Source: an uncultured Gemmatimonadota bacterium (GTDB lineage: Bacteria; JAAXHH01). Taken from it: DNA of 64,000 nucleotides. Location of the stretch: assembly GCA_951812955.1 (NCBI GenBank), contig OX638340.1, positions 2,432,001 to 2,496,000 on the forward strand, given 5' to 3'. Shown here piece by piece: positions 36,254 through 45,289 of the stretch; the stretch's first letter is position 1, and every line of letters starts with the position of its first letter. The notes beneath the pieces are model-generated. The model did no database searches and was not told the origin of the DNA. It saw only the letters and a list, made by a program, of their open reading frames with translations. A program made the translations under genes and the position numbers.

Positions 36254-36376
36254 GGTTCAAACACTCCTTTCAATGCTCAAGCCCCGGCGCATCGCCGACG
36301 GTCTCCTGAAGGCACAACTCAGCGGACTGACCGACGGGTTTCCACGCGCCCGGTCAAACCGGCGGAAAGACTTGAA

Positions 36377-37105
36377 TCAAACGCCTACGCTGCCGGGATG
36401 CCGGTGCTCCACGCGCTCCCGCAGGTCCTCGGCCTCGTCGCGCAGGCGCTCCAGCGCCATACGCCGGCCCATGAGGTAGAAGAAGAGCAGGGTGAAGACG
36501 ACCGCCGACACACCCAGCGCGATGCGCATGTCGACTTCCATGCCCGCTCCCAGGCCCTCTTCCGTCATGACCAGGGAGTCGGGGTGCAGGCCCCGCCACC
36601 ACATGGTCGCGAAATGGATGAAGGGGATATCGATCGTGCCGAGGATGCCCAGTACCGCGAGGAAGGTCTTCACCTGCGGCATGTCGTCGCCGTACACGCG
36701 CAGCATCAGGTAGGCTACGTAGATGAGCCAGAGAATCATGGAGAAGGTGAGCCGGGGGTCCCAGGTCCACCACGTTCCCCACACCGGCTTGCCCCAGATC
36801 GGACCGGTGATCATCACGAAGCAGCAGAAAACGAAACCGATCTCAGCGGCGCTGTAGGCCACGATGTCCCACTTCCGCTCCCGCAGCCACAGGTAGATGA
36901 CGCTCGAAACGCCCACCAGGACAAAGGCGAACTCCGCGATCCAGGCGGATGCTACGTGGAAATACATGATCCGCTGCACGTCGCCCATGACCCGCTCCCG
37001 GGGCGCCCAGATCAGCGAAAGGTACAGCGTGGCGACCAGTCCCAGGAGGCAGATGAGGCCGAAGGGGGTGATGCGCAGGCGGGCGGCTATTCCAGCCATT
37101 TTCAT
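36377..37105 (-). CDS. ccmC: Heme exporter protein CcmC
   Basis: WGTWWTWDPRLT tryptophan-rich WWD motif. Polytopic membrane protein. Confidence 0.85.
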   Translation of the reverse strand: MKMAGIAARLRITPFGLICLLGLVATLYLSLIWAPRERVMGDVQRIMYFHVASAWIAEFAFVLVGVSSVIYLWLRERKWDIVAYSAAEIGFVFCCFVMITGPIWGKPVWGTWWTWDPRLTFSMILWLIYVAYLMLRVYGDDMPQVKTFLAVLGILGTIDIPFIHFATMWWRGLHPDSLVMTEEGLGAGMEVDMRIALGVSAVVFTLLFFYLMGRRMALERLRDEAEDLRERVEHRHPGSVGV

Positions 37106-37782
37106 TCCTCCATAATGTACTCGAACAGCATGACGGACGCGACCAGGAATACGACCGTGAACACCGAAAGCAGCCTGATCCAGTTGGCCATGTCCTGCCA
37201 GTCGCCTCCTTCGAAGGTGGTCCGCGTCGTTTCCACCAGCGCGATCAGGACGGGCGAGGCTACGGGCAGCAGCAAGACCGGCAGCATGACGTCCCGCATG
37301 CGCGTGTTGACGGCCACGGCGGCGAAAAGGGTGGCGACGGACGAGAATCCAACCGTTCCCAGAAAGAATATCACCAACAGTTTAGACAGATGGGGCAGGA
37401 TTGTCATGTTGAAAAACAGGACGAACAGCGGAAGCATCGCCAGCTGGACCAGGCCGATGAGCGTGACGTTGCCTAGCAACTTGCCCAGGAATATGGATCC
37501 GCGGTCGATGGGCGCGAGGAGCAGTCCATCGAGTGTTCCCCGGTCTTTTTCCGGCGAGAAGGACCGGCTGGCGCTCAACATGCCTGCGAAGGCGAAGGCT
37601 ACCCAGATCATGCCGGGCACCACGCGCTGCACCACGTCCGCCCCCGCGTTGAAGGCGAAGTTGAAGATGACCACGACGATCAGCGAAAAGACGAACATGG
37701 TCACGACCCGCTCGCGGGTCCGGTATTCAACGACCATGTCCTTGCGGTAGATCTGCCATGACTGGGCGAGTAAGGATCTCAT
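37102..37782 (-). CDS. ccmB: Heme exporter permease CcmB
   Basis: 226-aa six-TM protein between ccmA and ccmC. 4-nt overlap with ccmC. Confidence 0.75.
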   Translation of the reverse strand: MRSLLAQSWQIYRKDMVVEYRTRERVVTMFVFSLIVVVIFNFAFNAGADVVQRVVPGMIWVAFAFAGMLSASRSFSPEKDRGTLDGLLLAPIDRGSIFLGKLLGNVTLIGLVQLAMLPLFVLFFNMTILPHLSKLLVIFFLGTVGFSSVATLFAAVAVNTRMRDVMLPVLLLPVASPVLIALVETTRTTFEGGDWQDMANWIRLLSVFTVVFLVASVMLFEYIMEE

Positions 37783-37912
37783 GGGTTGCGGCTTCTCACG
37801 TTTCGTATCATCACCGGGTGATCCGGGCCGGAGCGCGCCGGTATGGGTTCCGGGCCGTAGAGCGAGTTCCGGGCCGTAGAGCGCCGGGCCACGGACCGTT
37901 TACCGGCCGATC

Positions 37913-38623
37913 CTACACAGCGTGGTCCCGGTAAGCCTGTTCGAAATCTACCCTGGACAGGTCGCGTGTCCCGGCTTCGAAAACCAGACGACCCCGGTTC
38001 AGGATGGCGACGCGGTCGGCGGATTCCAGTCCGCGGGCCAGATCGTGGGTCACCAGGAGGATCGTCTTGTTCCGAGCGGTCAGGATCGTTTTCAGCATGA
38101 CCAGCGCGTCCTGGTCCAGCCCCGAGTAGGGTTCGTCGAGTAGCAGGACGTCCGGGTCGTGCAGCAAGGCGCGGGCCAGCGCCACCCGCTGGCGCATGCC
38201 GCGCGAAAGCGTGCGCACCGGACTCCCCGCCCTGGCATCCATGCCCACCGTGCGCAGCAGCGCTTCGATCCGCTCCTCGCCGTTTTTGATTCCGTACAGT
38301 TTTCCGTAGAACCGCATGTTCTCCCGTACGGTCAATTCGTCGTAGAGATAGGTCTGGTAGGACAGCACGCCGATCCGTTCTCCCAGGGACTCGTCGCGGT
38401 CCCCGGTGATTTCGTCTCCGTCCAGCAACACCTGGCCACGGGACGGACGCACGAGCCCGGCGATGACGCCCAGGAGGGTCGATTTGCCCGCGCCGTTGGG
38501 ACCGAACAGCGCCAGGAAGGATCCCGGCGCTACTTCCATGTCCACCCGGTGCAGTGCCCGGAAGCGGCCATAGGTCTTGGTCAACTGGCGGATGCTGATG
38601 CCGGGCGCGGATCGATCACCCAT
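37913..38623 (-). CDS. ccmA: Heme exporter ATP-binding protein CcmA
   Basis: Walker A GPNGAGKST, signature LSRGMRQRVALARALL, Walker B VLLLDEP. The start is placed at MGDRSAP. Confidence 0.8.
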   Translation of the reverse strand: MGDRSAPGISIRQLTKTYGRFRALHRVDMEVAPGSFLALFGPNGAGKSTLLGVIAGLVRPSRGQVLLDGDEITGDRDESLGERIGVLSYQTYLYDELTVRENMRFYGKLYGIKNGEERIEALLRTVGMDARAGSPVRTLSRGMRQRVALARALLHDPDVLLLDEPYSGLDQDALVMLKTILTARNKTILLVTHDLARGLESADRVAILNRGRLVFEAGTRDLSRVDFEQAYRDHAV

Positions 38624-39803
38624 CTCCGCTCCCGGGTTGGCGCAGGCGGAGCGCCCTGGCTTTAAGGCTGTCACGACGTGCGCGATAGGCGTCCTCGCCA
38701 AGTCCTCCAGCCTCAAACTGGTCGTCCAACGTGGCCAGGGCCTGGATGATCGCGGCATACTTGCGCTCGTCTTCCGGCGAGAGATCGGCAGTGGCCGGGG
38801 GTTCGTCCGCCTGTTCGGGCTTGACGCGGATGCCCACGACGAGCCCGGCGGCGACGATGAGCACCACGAATCCCAGCATGCTCCACTTCATGACGTCCTG
38901 CCAGGCCAGTATGCGGGGAAAGGCGACCTCCACCGACATGCCCCGCCCCACGCCCACGCGGTTCGACAGCAGCAGGTATTCGTCTTCGGCGATCTGCTGC
39001 ACGCCGTCGTTGGTCAGGTTGGTGGCCGTCACGGTCTCACTGCTGGGTGAAACCAGTACCTGGACGCGGGCTACGCCATAGTCCATCTGCCGCGTGAACC
39101 GGTGATCGATGGATGCCCTGTCCAAGTCGTAGGCGTACACGATCCGGGCGACCCCGGGGGAAATGGGCGCCGAGAAAACCAGGCCGCGGTCGGTGTGCTG
39201 AAGCCCGTCCACCATCGGCTGAAGTCCAAAGGCTTCGGCGGGGAGGGTGTAGACAAGTCCCATCCCCAAGCTGGGCGGCGGCGCGAAGGTCAGGTTTCCC
39301 CGGTTCTCCACGACGATAATTTCCGTGATGGTCAGTACATCGGGATTGGCTTCGACGACCAGGTGGACCGCGCTGTGGACCAGGGCGCTCTCATCCGTCG
39401 TGATGTCGTACACCTGGAGCGGGACTTCCTGCCGTCCGGCGCCCGGTTCAAGGGGAATATGGCCTGTCAGGTAGGGCATCTCCAGGTACCGGGTGGCGAC
39501 CACATAGTGAGAGCCGTCAGCCGCCAGTCCGGTGAATTCGTACCGGCCATCGCGATCGGTGACCACCCTTGCCAGGGTTGCGTCCGGACCCTCTTCGCTG
39601 CTGTGATTCAGCAGGACCACCTCGTGTCCGGCCATCGGCAGGCCGGTGGTACCGTTTACGACGGTGAGGCCGATGCTGCCCGTTTCCTGGGCCTGCGCGG
39701 GTCGGGCTGGCCAGAACCCGCAGACCGTCAGGGAGACAAGGGCCACCAGGGCCGCATAATAAACAAAAAGCCCCGAAGGGCTGGCGTGAAGTTGATGTTT
39801 CAT
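38616..39803 (-). CDS. Secreted protein with carboxypeptidase-regulatory-like (CarbopepD_reg) beta-sandwich domain and C-terminal TM anchor; hypothetical
   Basis: Signal peptide …ALVSLTVCGFWPARPAQAQ. The segment …GLTVVNGTTGLPMAGHEVVLLNH…VVTDRDGRYEFTGL is CarbopepD_reg-like. TM helix WSMLGFVVLIVAAGLVVGI near the C-terminus. Embedded between ccmE and ccmA. Confidence 0.45.
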   Translation of the reverse strand: MKHQLHASPSGLFVYYAALVALVSLTVCGFWPARPAQAQETGSIGLTVVNGTTGLPMAGHEVVLLNHSSEEGPDATLARVVTDRDGRYEFTGLAADGSHYVVATRYLEMPYLTGHIPLEPGAGRQEVPLQVYDITTDESALVHSAVHLVVEANPDVLTITEIIVVENRGNLTFAPPPSLGMGLVYTLPAEAFGLQPMVDGLQHTDRGLVFSAPISPGVARIVYAYDLDRASIDHRFTRQMDYGVARVQVLVSPSSETVTATNLTNDGVQQIAEDEYLLLSNRVGVGRGMSVEVAFPRILAWQDVMKWSMLGFVVLIVAAGLVVGIRVKPEQADEPPATADLSPEDERKYAAIIQALATLDDQFEAGGLGEDAYRARRDSLKARALRLRQPGSGDG

Positions 39804-39807
39804 GGGA

Positions 39808-40434
39808 TCAGTTCGAGATCAGTATAGTGCCGCACTGCGCACAGAATTTAGCTGTGGCGGGGTTTTCCGTTCCGCAGCCTTCGCACGTTATGCGCGTCAG
39901 CGAAGCGCCACACTCGATGCAGAATTTCGCGGATTCCTCGTTGACTGTACCGCAGCCACCGCATGACTGGCCACTCACGGGCTGCACGGGCTGAGCGGGC
40001 TGCACGGGCTGCACGGGCTGAGCGGGCCGCTTCTCGGAGTTCTTAGTTGCTTCAACGGGCGCTTCAACGACGGCCGCCCCGGGTTCCCTGCGGCGGCGGA
40101 TCTCCAGCACCGCCTCTTCGATCTGTTCCTCTACAGGCAGATCGCTGCCGGCGGTCCGGTCCAGTTCGTCCAGCACGTCGGAGGCTTCATTCATGTACTC
40201 CTGCCGGAGCGCTTCATGATCCTCGGCGGCCAGCTTGCCCATGCTGTAATCGATGTTCAACTCGCGGATGGACGAATAGATGAAGTCCTTCTTCTTCTGC
40301 AGGTCGTCCCGTCGGGCCAAGGCGGCCCACGCGGACCGGGCGGACCAGGGGCGGCGGTCCGATCTTTCCAGCATTGGACTTATCATGTAGGCGAGTACGC
40401 CCAGTGCGAGCAGTCCGCACGCAAGCAGTGTCAT
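39808..40434 (-). CDS. Membrane-anchored protein with PVQ repeats and C-terminal double zinc ribbon; hypothetical
   Basis: N-terminal TM (LLACGLLALGVLAYMI), then PAQPVQPVQPAQPVQPV, then CGGCGTVNEESAKFCIECG and CEGCGTENPATAKFCAQCG (two CxxC…CxxC ribbons). Confidence 0.5.
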   Translation of the reverse strand: MTLLACGLLALGVLAYMISPMLERSDRRPWSARSAWAALARRDDLQKKKDFIYSSIRELNIDYSMGKLAAEDHEALRQEYMNEASDVLDELDRTAGSDLPVEEQIEEAVLEIRRRREPGAAVVEAPVEATKNSEKRPAQPVQPVQPAQPVQPVSGQSCGGCGTVNEESAKFCIECGASLTRITCEGCGTENPATAKFCAQCGTILISN

Positions 40435-40488
40435 AGTCCGGACCGGCTCCCCTCGTACGCGCGCCGGCCAGACCGGTGCGACGGCTGG

Positions 40489-40962
40489 TCAGGACCGGGG
40501 AAGCGGTTCCGGCGACTTAGGCTCGGTCTGCTCATACTGACCGTATCCCCCCTCGGCCTCGTACTTGGACGGACACTTGGCGTACAGTGTATGGGCGTTG
40601 AAGGTCCCATCCCGGGCGTATTCGCCCTCCACGACCACTTCGGAATCGTCCCTGAACGTGTCGGGGACTACGCCGGTGTATACGACGGGGGCCTCGACAC
40701 CGCCCTCGCGGGCAATGAAACGGATGCGCATGGAGCCCACGTCTCCGCGCTGGATCGATCCGTTCACGACCTTGCCGTGCAGACGCATATTCTCATCGTA
40801 ATCCACCTCGCCGGTTTCTACGGCGGCCTTCAGTTCACTCACCGTCAGGTAGTACATGGTCGCATCGGTCGCTCCGGTATAGATCAGGTAGCCGATGGCG
40901 GCGATCACCAGTCCGAAGCCCACCAGGAATTTACGTTGCTTCTTCCGCTTGCGGTTTTCCAT
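40489..40962 (-). CDS. ccmE: Cytochrome c maturation heme chaperone CcmE, CxxxY variant
   Basis: N-terminal anchor KFLVGFGLVIAAIGYLIY followed by an OB-fold region. The C-terminal …FNAHTLYAKCPSKYEAE has C-P-S-K-Y where canonical CcmE has H-x-x-x-Y. Confidence 0.7.
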   Translation of the reverse strand: MENRKRKKQRKFLVGFGLVIAAIGYLIYTGATDATMYYLTVSELKAAVETGEVDYDENMRLHGKVVNGSIQRGDVGSMRIRFIAREGGVEAPVVYTGVVPDTFRDDSEVVVEGEYARDGTFNAHTLYAKCPSKYEAEGGYGQYEQTEPKSPEPLPRS

Positions 40963-41266
40963 AGCTTTTCTCCATGAATGCCCTGTCCTGCGCGACCTCC
41001 GCAATATAGGCGATACGCCCGGTTCCGGCAAGCACTATTTGACCCGAAGAAGGCGCATGCAACTGCCCGTGAGCAGGGGTATTCGGGGCGAAAACACCCG
41101 CTTCTCGCACAGGCGCGCGCGCAGGCGAATGTGCTTGACACCCACCCTGGCCACGCCTACCTTACGCCGGAGTTAACCCCGAAATGAATCTCGACCAGGG
41201 ATCGTGACGCCTGCCCCGTAAAATCCTGATATCGCGCCCCGTTTCGTCTTACTCTTCAGGAGCATC

Positions 41267-42184
41267 ATGACCGCTTTCACGTCTGCCCACGATGTCATCC
41301 AGCGCTTCGAAGCCCAGGACTATATCTGCGGTCCCGACCTGGCTACGCCCGTCTTCCTCATGGAACGGCTCGAAAAGCCGTTGCTGGTCGAGGGGCCGCC
41401 GGGCGTGGGGAAGACGGAGATCGCCAAGATGCTGGCCGACGCGCTGGGACGCCGCCTGATCCGCCTGCAGTGCTACGAGGGACTGGACGAATCCAAAGCG
41501 CTCTATGAATGGGAATACACCAAGCAGCTGCTGTATACGCAGATGCTCAAGGACCGCATCGGCGAACTGTTGAAACAGACGGAAACGCTCGGCAACGCGG
41601 TGGAAGCGCTCAACCGGGAGGACAGCGCATTCTTCTCCAGGCAATTCCTGCTCCCGCGGCCCCTGCTGGAGGCGATTCTCGCGCCGGAACCCGTCGTCCT
41701 CCTGGTCGACGAGATAGACCGGTCGGACGATGAGTTCGAAAGCTTCCTCCTCGAGGTGCTGAGCGACTTCCAGGTCAGCATCCCGGAACTCGGCACGCTG
41801 ACCGCGGCGCAGCGCCCCCTCGTGGTGCTGACGAGTAACGCCAACCGGAACCTGTCCGAGGCGCTGAGACGGCGGTGCCTGTATCTCTACATCAATTACC
41901 CCACTCTCGAGCAGGAGGTCCGGATCGTCCTATGCAAGACGCCGGGCATCGACGAGGACCTGGCGAACCAGGTCGTCCGGTTCGTCCAGAAAATCAGAAC
42001 GCTCAACATGCGCAAGCCCCCGAGCATCGCCGAAACGATCGACTGGGCGCTGGCGCTGGTGGTCCTGAACGCGCGGCACCTTTCGCGAGACACCCTTTCC
42101 AGCTCGCTGAACGTCCTGATGAAGGACCGCGAGGATATCGAACGGATCATGCGGGACGGCTACCATGATCAAGCGGCTGGTTGA
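41267..42184 (+). CDS. MoxR/CoxD-like AAA+ ATPase
   Basis: Walker A GPPGVGKTE, Walker B VLLVDEIDR. Followed by a VWA partner gene with a 20-nt overlap. Confidence 0.8.
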   Translation: MTAFTSAHDVIQRFEAQDYICGPDLATPVFLMERLEKPLLVEGPPGVGKTEIAKMLADALGRRLIRLQCYEGLDESKALYEWEYTKQLLYTQMLKDRIGELLKQTETLGNAVEALNREDSAFFSRQFLLPRPLLEAILAPEPVVLLVDEIDRSDDEFESFLLEVLSDFQVSIPELGTLTAAQRPLVVLTSNANRNLSEALRRRCLYLYINYPTLEQEVRIVLCKTPGIDEDLANQVVRFVQKIRTLNMRKPPSIAETIDWALALVVLNARHLSRDTLSSSLNVLMKDREDIERIMRDGYHDQAAG

Positions 42185-43370
42185 GTTCGCCAGGACACTG
42201 AGACAATCCGGAGTGCGCGTTTCCATGGCCGAGACCCTGGACGCCGCCGAGGTGTTGCGGCACGCGCCGGTCACCGAACGGCCGGCCTTCAAGGCGTCCC
42301 TGCGGACCACCCTGGTAAAGTCCCACGAGGACATCCCCGCCTTCGACGAGGCCTTCGAACGGTTTTTCCTCGTCCAGGTGGGTGGGGAGACCGAGGGTCC
42401 GCCCGACGGCCATCCCGACCTCGACGACATCCACGATGACGGGGAACAGGACATCCGGCGTTTCCAGGACGAGCAGGGAGAGGCCATGGCCGGGGAAGGG
42501 GAAGGGGAGCCCGCGGACGGCGACGAACCAGATGAATTGGAAGGTGAACTGGAGCGGATGCTCGCCCGCGTGCAGGTGGGTGAACAGGCGTCCGATGCGG
42601 TCACCGAGTCCGGCGCACAGCCGAACCAGCAGGCGGAAGACGTCGATCTCTACCAGGAACTGCCGCCGGGCGACGTCGATAACCTGTACGAGGCGGTGGA
42701 GGAACTCGCCCGGAATCTCGTGACGCGCAAATCGCTGCGATTCAGGAAATCGCGCCACGGCCGGGTCGATATCAAGAAGACGATCCAGCGGAGTTTTCGC
42801 ACGGGCAACCTGCCCTTTCACATCATCTACAAGCACCGCAAGATCAAGAAGAACGAACTGGTCGTGCTGTGCGACGTATCGGGATCGGTCTGGGAGGTCG
42901 CCCGGTTCTTCATCAAGCTGGTCCACGAGATGCAAAACCAGTTCAGCCGGGCCCGCAGTTTTCTATTCGTGGACCGGATCAACGAGGTGACGGACGAGTT
43001 CGACAGCAGGCCCTTCGAAGATACAGTCGAGAACCTGAAGGACGACCATGCCCTTAATTTCTTCGGACTGAGCGATTTCGGCAGGGCCTTCTACCAGTTC
43101 CACGACGAACACCTCCTTTCCCTCTCTGGGAACACGGTGCTCGTCATCCTTGGCGACGCGCGGACGAACTGGTTCGATCCCCAGGACTGGGTACTTGGAG
43201 AATTGAACACAAGGGTGCACCAGACGATCTGGCTGAACCCGGAACCTGTGCAGTACTGGGACACCGACGACTCCGTCATGTCCAAATACAGCCCGCACTG
43301 CGATCACGTGCTGGAATGCCGGAATCTGGTCCAACTTAAGGAGATCGGCGAACTGATCCTCAGGGCCTGA
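42165..43370 (+). CDS. VWA-domain protein (CoxE-like partner of MoxR ATPase)
   Basis: A C-terminal VWA domain with MIDAS-like DVSGS (…VVLCDVSGSVWEV…). The N-terminal region is typical of CoxE-like proteins. Confidence 0.65.
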   Translation: MIKRLVEFARTLRQSGVRVSMAETLDAAEVLRHAPVTERPAFKASLRTTLVKSHEDIPAFDEAFERFFLVQVGGETEGPPDGHPDLDDIHDDGEQDIRRFQDEQGEAMAGEGEGEPADGDEPDELEGELERMLARVQVGEQASDAVTESGAQPNQQAEDVDLYQELPPGDVDNLYEAVEELARNLVTRKSLRFRKSRHGRVDIKKTIQRSFRTGNLPFHIIYKHRKIKKNELVVLCDVSGSVWEVARFFIKLVHEMQNQFSRARSFLFVDRINEVTDEFDSRPFEDTVENLKDDHALNFFGLSDFGRAFYQFHDEHLLSLSGNTVLVILGDARTNWFDPQDWVLGELNTRVHQTIWLNPEPVQYWDTDDSVMSKYSPHCDHVLECRNLVQLKEIGELILRA

Positions 43371-43386
43371 CACCGATCGGACGGGT

Positions 43387-44172
43387 ATGATGACACGTTT
43401 TAAAAACATGAATTGCGTCGTCCTTGCGGCGCTTTGCTGCCTGCTCGGCGTGGCGCTGTGGACGAATCGCGGCGCCGGTGATTCGGGCCACGACCTCTTC
43501 CTGCGCAACGACTTCACCTTTGGCCGGGTAGTATACCAGAATTTCGGGGGCTTCTACCGGGGTTTCGGTTTCGGGCGGTGGTCGGTGGATTTCCCGTCTG
43601 CGGATTCCAACGTGATCCGCGCCCTGCGGGCCACCACTTCTCTCAAGATCAACGAACCGCAATCCGTGGAACTTACCGATCCCGAACTGTTCGATATTCC
43701 CTTTCTGTATATCCTGGAAGTCGGATCCCTGCAGTTCAGTCCGGAGGAAGTGGACGCCCTGCGGGAGTACCTATTGCGCGGGGGGTTCCTTCTGGTGGAC
43801 GACTTCCACGGTTCGCGGCAGTGGGCGGTCTGGGAATCGCAGATCAAGCGGGTGTTTCCCGGGCGGGACATCGAGGAGATACCGGCCGACCACCCGATCC
43901 TGCACTGTTACTATGATTTCGACACCTACCCCCTGGTGCCCGGGATCGCGGCGCTGTGGAACATGAACCACTACGAAAGGGACGGCGCCCTGTACGGCCA
44001 CAGGCTGCGGGGGATATTCGACGACGGCGGAAGGCTCATGGTGCTGATGAACTGGAACGCAGACCTGGGCGACGGCTGGGAACACGCGGCCGATCCCGGG
44101 TATCCGCGGGAGTTTTCCGTAACCGCCTACCGCCTGGCCGTCAATTACGCCATCTACGCGATGACGCATTGA
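43387..44172 (+). CDS. DUF4159-domain secreted protein
   Basis: Signal peptide, then …DFPSADSNVIRALRATTSLKINEP…FLYILEVGSLQFSPEEVDALREYLLRGGFLLVDDFHG… DUF4159 commonly accompanies MoxR/VWA pairs. Confidence 0.5.
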   Translation: MMTRFKNMNCVVLAALCCLLGVALWTNRGAGDSGHDLFLRNDFTFGRVVYQNFGGFYRGFGFGRWSVDFPSADSNVIRALRATTSLKINEPQSVELTDPELFDIPFLYILEVGSLQFSPEEVDALREYLLRGGFLLVDDFHGSRQWAVWESQIKRVFPGRDIEEIPADHPILHCYYDFDTYPLVPGIAALWNMNHYERDGALYGHRLRGIFDDGGRLMVLMNWNADLGDGWEHAADPGYPREFSVTAYRLAVNYAIYAMTH

Positions 44173-44236
44173 TCCAGCCGGCAGGGATCTCCCCGGACCC
44201 GTCGAGTACCCGCGGTCTCATTCTTTATTCGTTGAA

Positions 44237-45289
44237 TCAATCGGCGGAGGACAGCTGCCTGAGCGCGGAGGTCATCACTTCGACGGACCGGAGATACTCG
44301 TCCAGTACGATGTGCTCGTCCGGCGTATGGTCCAGTCTTGAGTCTCCCGGACCGTAGGCCGCGATCGGGCACCCCCATGCCGGGCCGAGGATGCACATGT
44401 CCGACGTGCCCGTCTTCTTCTTGAAGGTGGGCCGGCCCCCAGCCTGCCGGATGGCCCGCAACAGCGAACGGATCATCGGGGTGTTCTTCGGCGCGACGAT
44501 TCCTACCAGCCGCCGGTCGCATTCGATCTCCGCGGGACCCGCCTGTTCCTTCACGAAGCCGATCAGGCCGTCTATGTCGTATTCCGGCGGCACGCGCATC
44601 GAGAAATAGGCGTCCACGCCTTCGGCCAATCCATGGTCGTAGGTATTGAATCGCCGCATTTCGAGCCGGGGAGACTCGAATTCGCTTTCGGTGGCGTGGG
44701 ATGCTGCGCGGGACCGCAGAGCGTTGTAAAGATCTACGGCCCGGTCCCCCGCCCGCCGATGGTCGCCGGCGTGATGGGCGTTGGGCTGTTCGAGCCGGTA
44801 GTCGAAACCTACGAAACCCTTGTACCCGATGGTGATGCTGTCCCAGCCGCTCGGCTCGCCGATGAATACGTAGCCCGGCCGCATGCGGTCCACCAGGTGG
44901 AAGGCGCCCTTCGACGTGGGGCACTCCTCTTCCACGGCGCCGACCAGGGTGATCCGGCCGTTTTCGAGTTCCGTCAAACGGGAAAGGGCGGCGGCGAAGG
45001 CGGCCAGTGGGCCCTTGGCGTCCACGGCGCCCCGGCCGTATAGGCGGCCGCTTTCTTCGCGTATCGGAACGACGCCCGGTACGGTGTCGATATGCCCGAC
45101 CAGTGCGATATGCGGTTCGCCGCGGCCGACTTCGCCCACGGCGTTTCCCGCCTCGTCCACGTGGGCACGGATCCCCCTCCGTTCCATCCACTCGATCAGG
45201 TAGGAGACCGCCTCGCTCTCCTGCGTTGAGGGACTGAACCGCTCGATAAGGCCCCGCAGCAGCGCGACGTCGTCGCGGGCGTCGCTCAT
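44237..45289 (-). CDS. lysK: M20-family hydrolase, [LysW]-lysine/ornithine hydrolase (LysK/ArgE-like)
   Basis: ATG at 45289..45287 overlapping the lysJ stop (ATGA). 350 aa. M20 metal ligands in …ALVGHIDTVP…GRGAVDAKG… The longer 566-aa track ORF is an upstream out-of-context extension. Confidence 0.7.
   Translation of the reverse strand: MSDARDDVALLRGLIERFSPSTQESEAVSYLIEWMERRGIRAHVDEAGNAVGEVGRGEPHIALVGHIDTVPGVVPIREESGRLYGRGAVDAKGPLAAFAAALSRLTELENGRITLVGAVEEECPTSKGAFHLVDRMRPGYVFIGEPSGWDSITIGYKGFVGFDYRLEQPNAHHAGDHRRAGDRAVDLYNALRSRAASHATESEFESPRLEMRRFNTYDHGLAEGVDAYFSMRVPPEYDIDGLIGFVKEQAGPAEIECDRRLVGIVAPKNTPMIRSLLRAIRQAGGRPTFKKKTGTSDMCILGPAWGCPIAAYGPGDSRLDHTPDEHIVLDEYLRSVEVMTSALRQLSSAD

Noticed and set aside
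41032-41266. Possible promoter TTGACA-N17-TACCTT upstream of the MoxR gene
   Set aside because: The -10 is weak and I cannot verify it. Noted only, not called as a feature.
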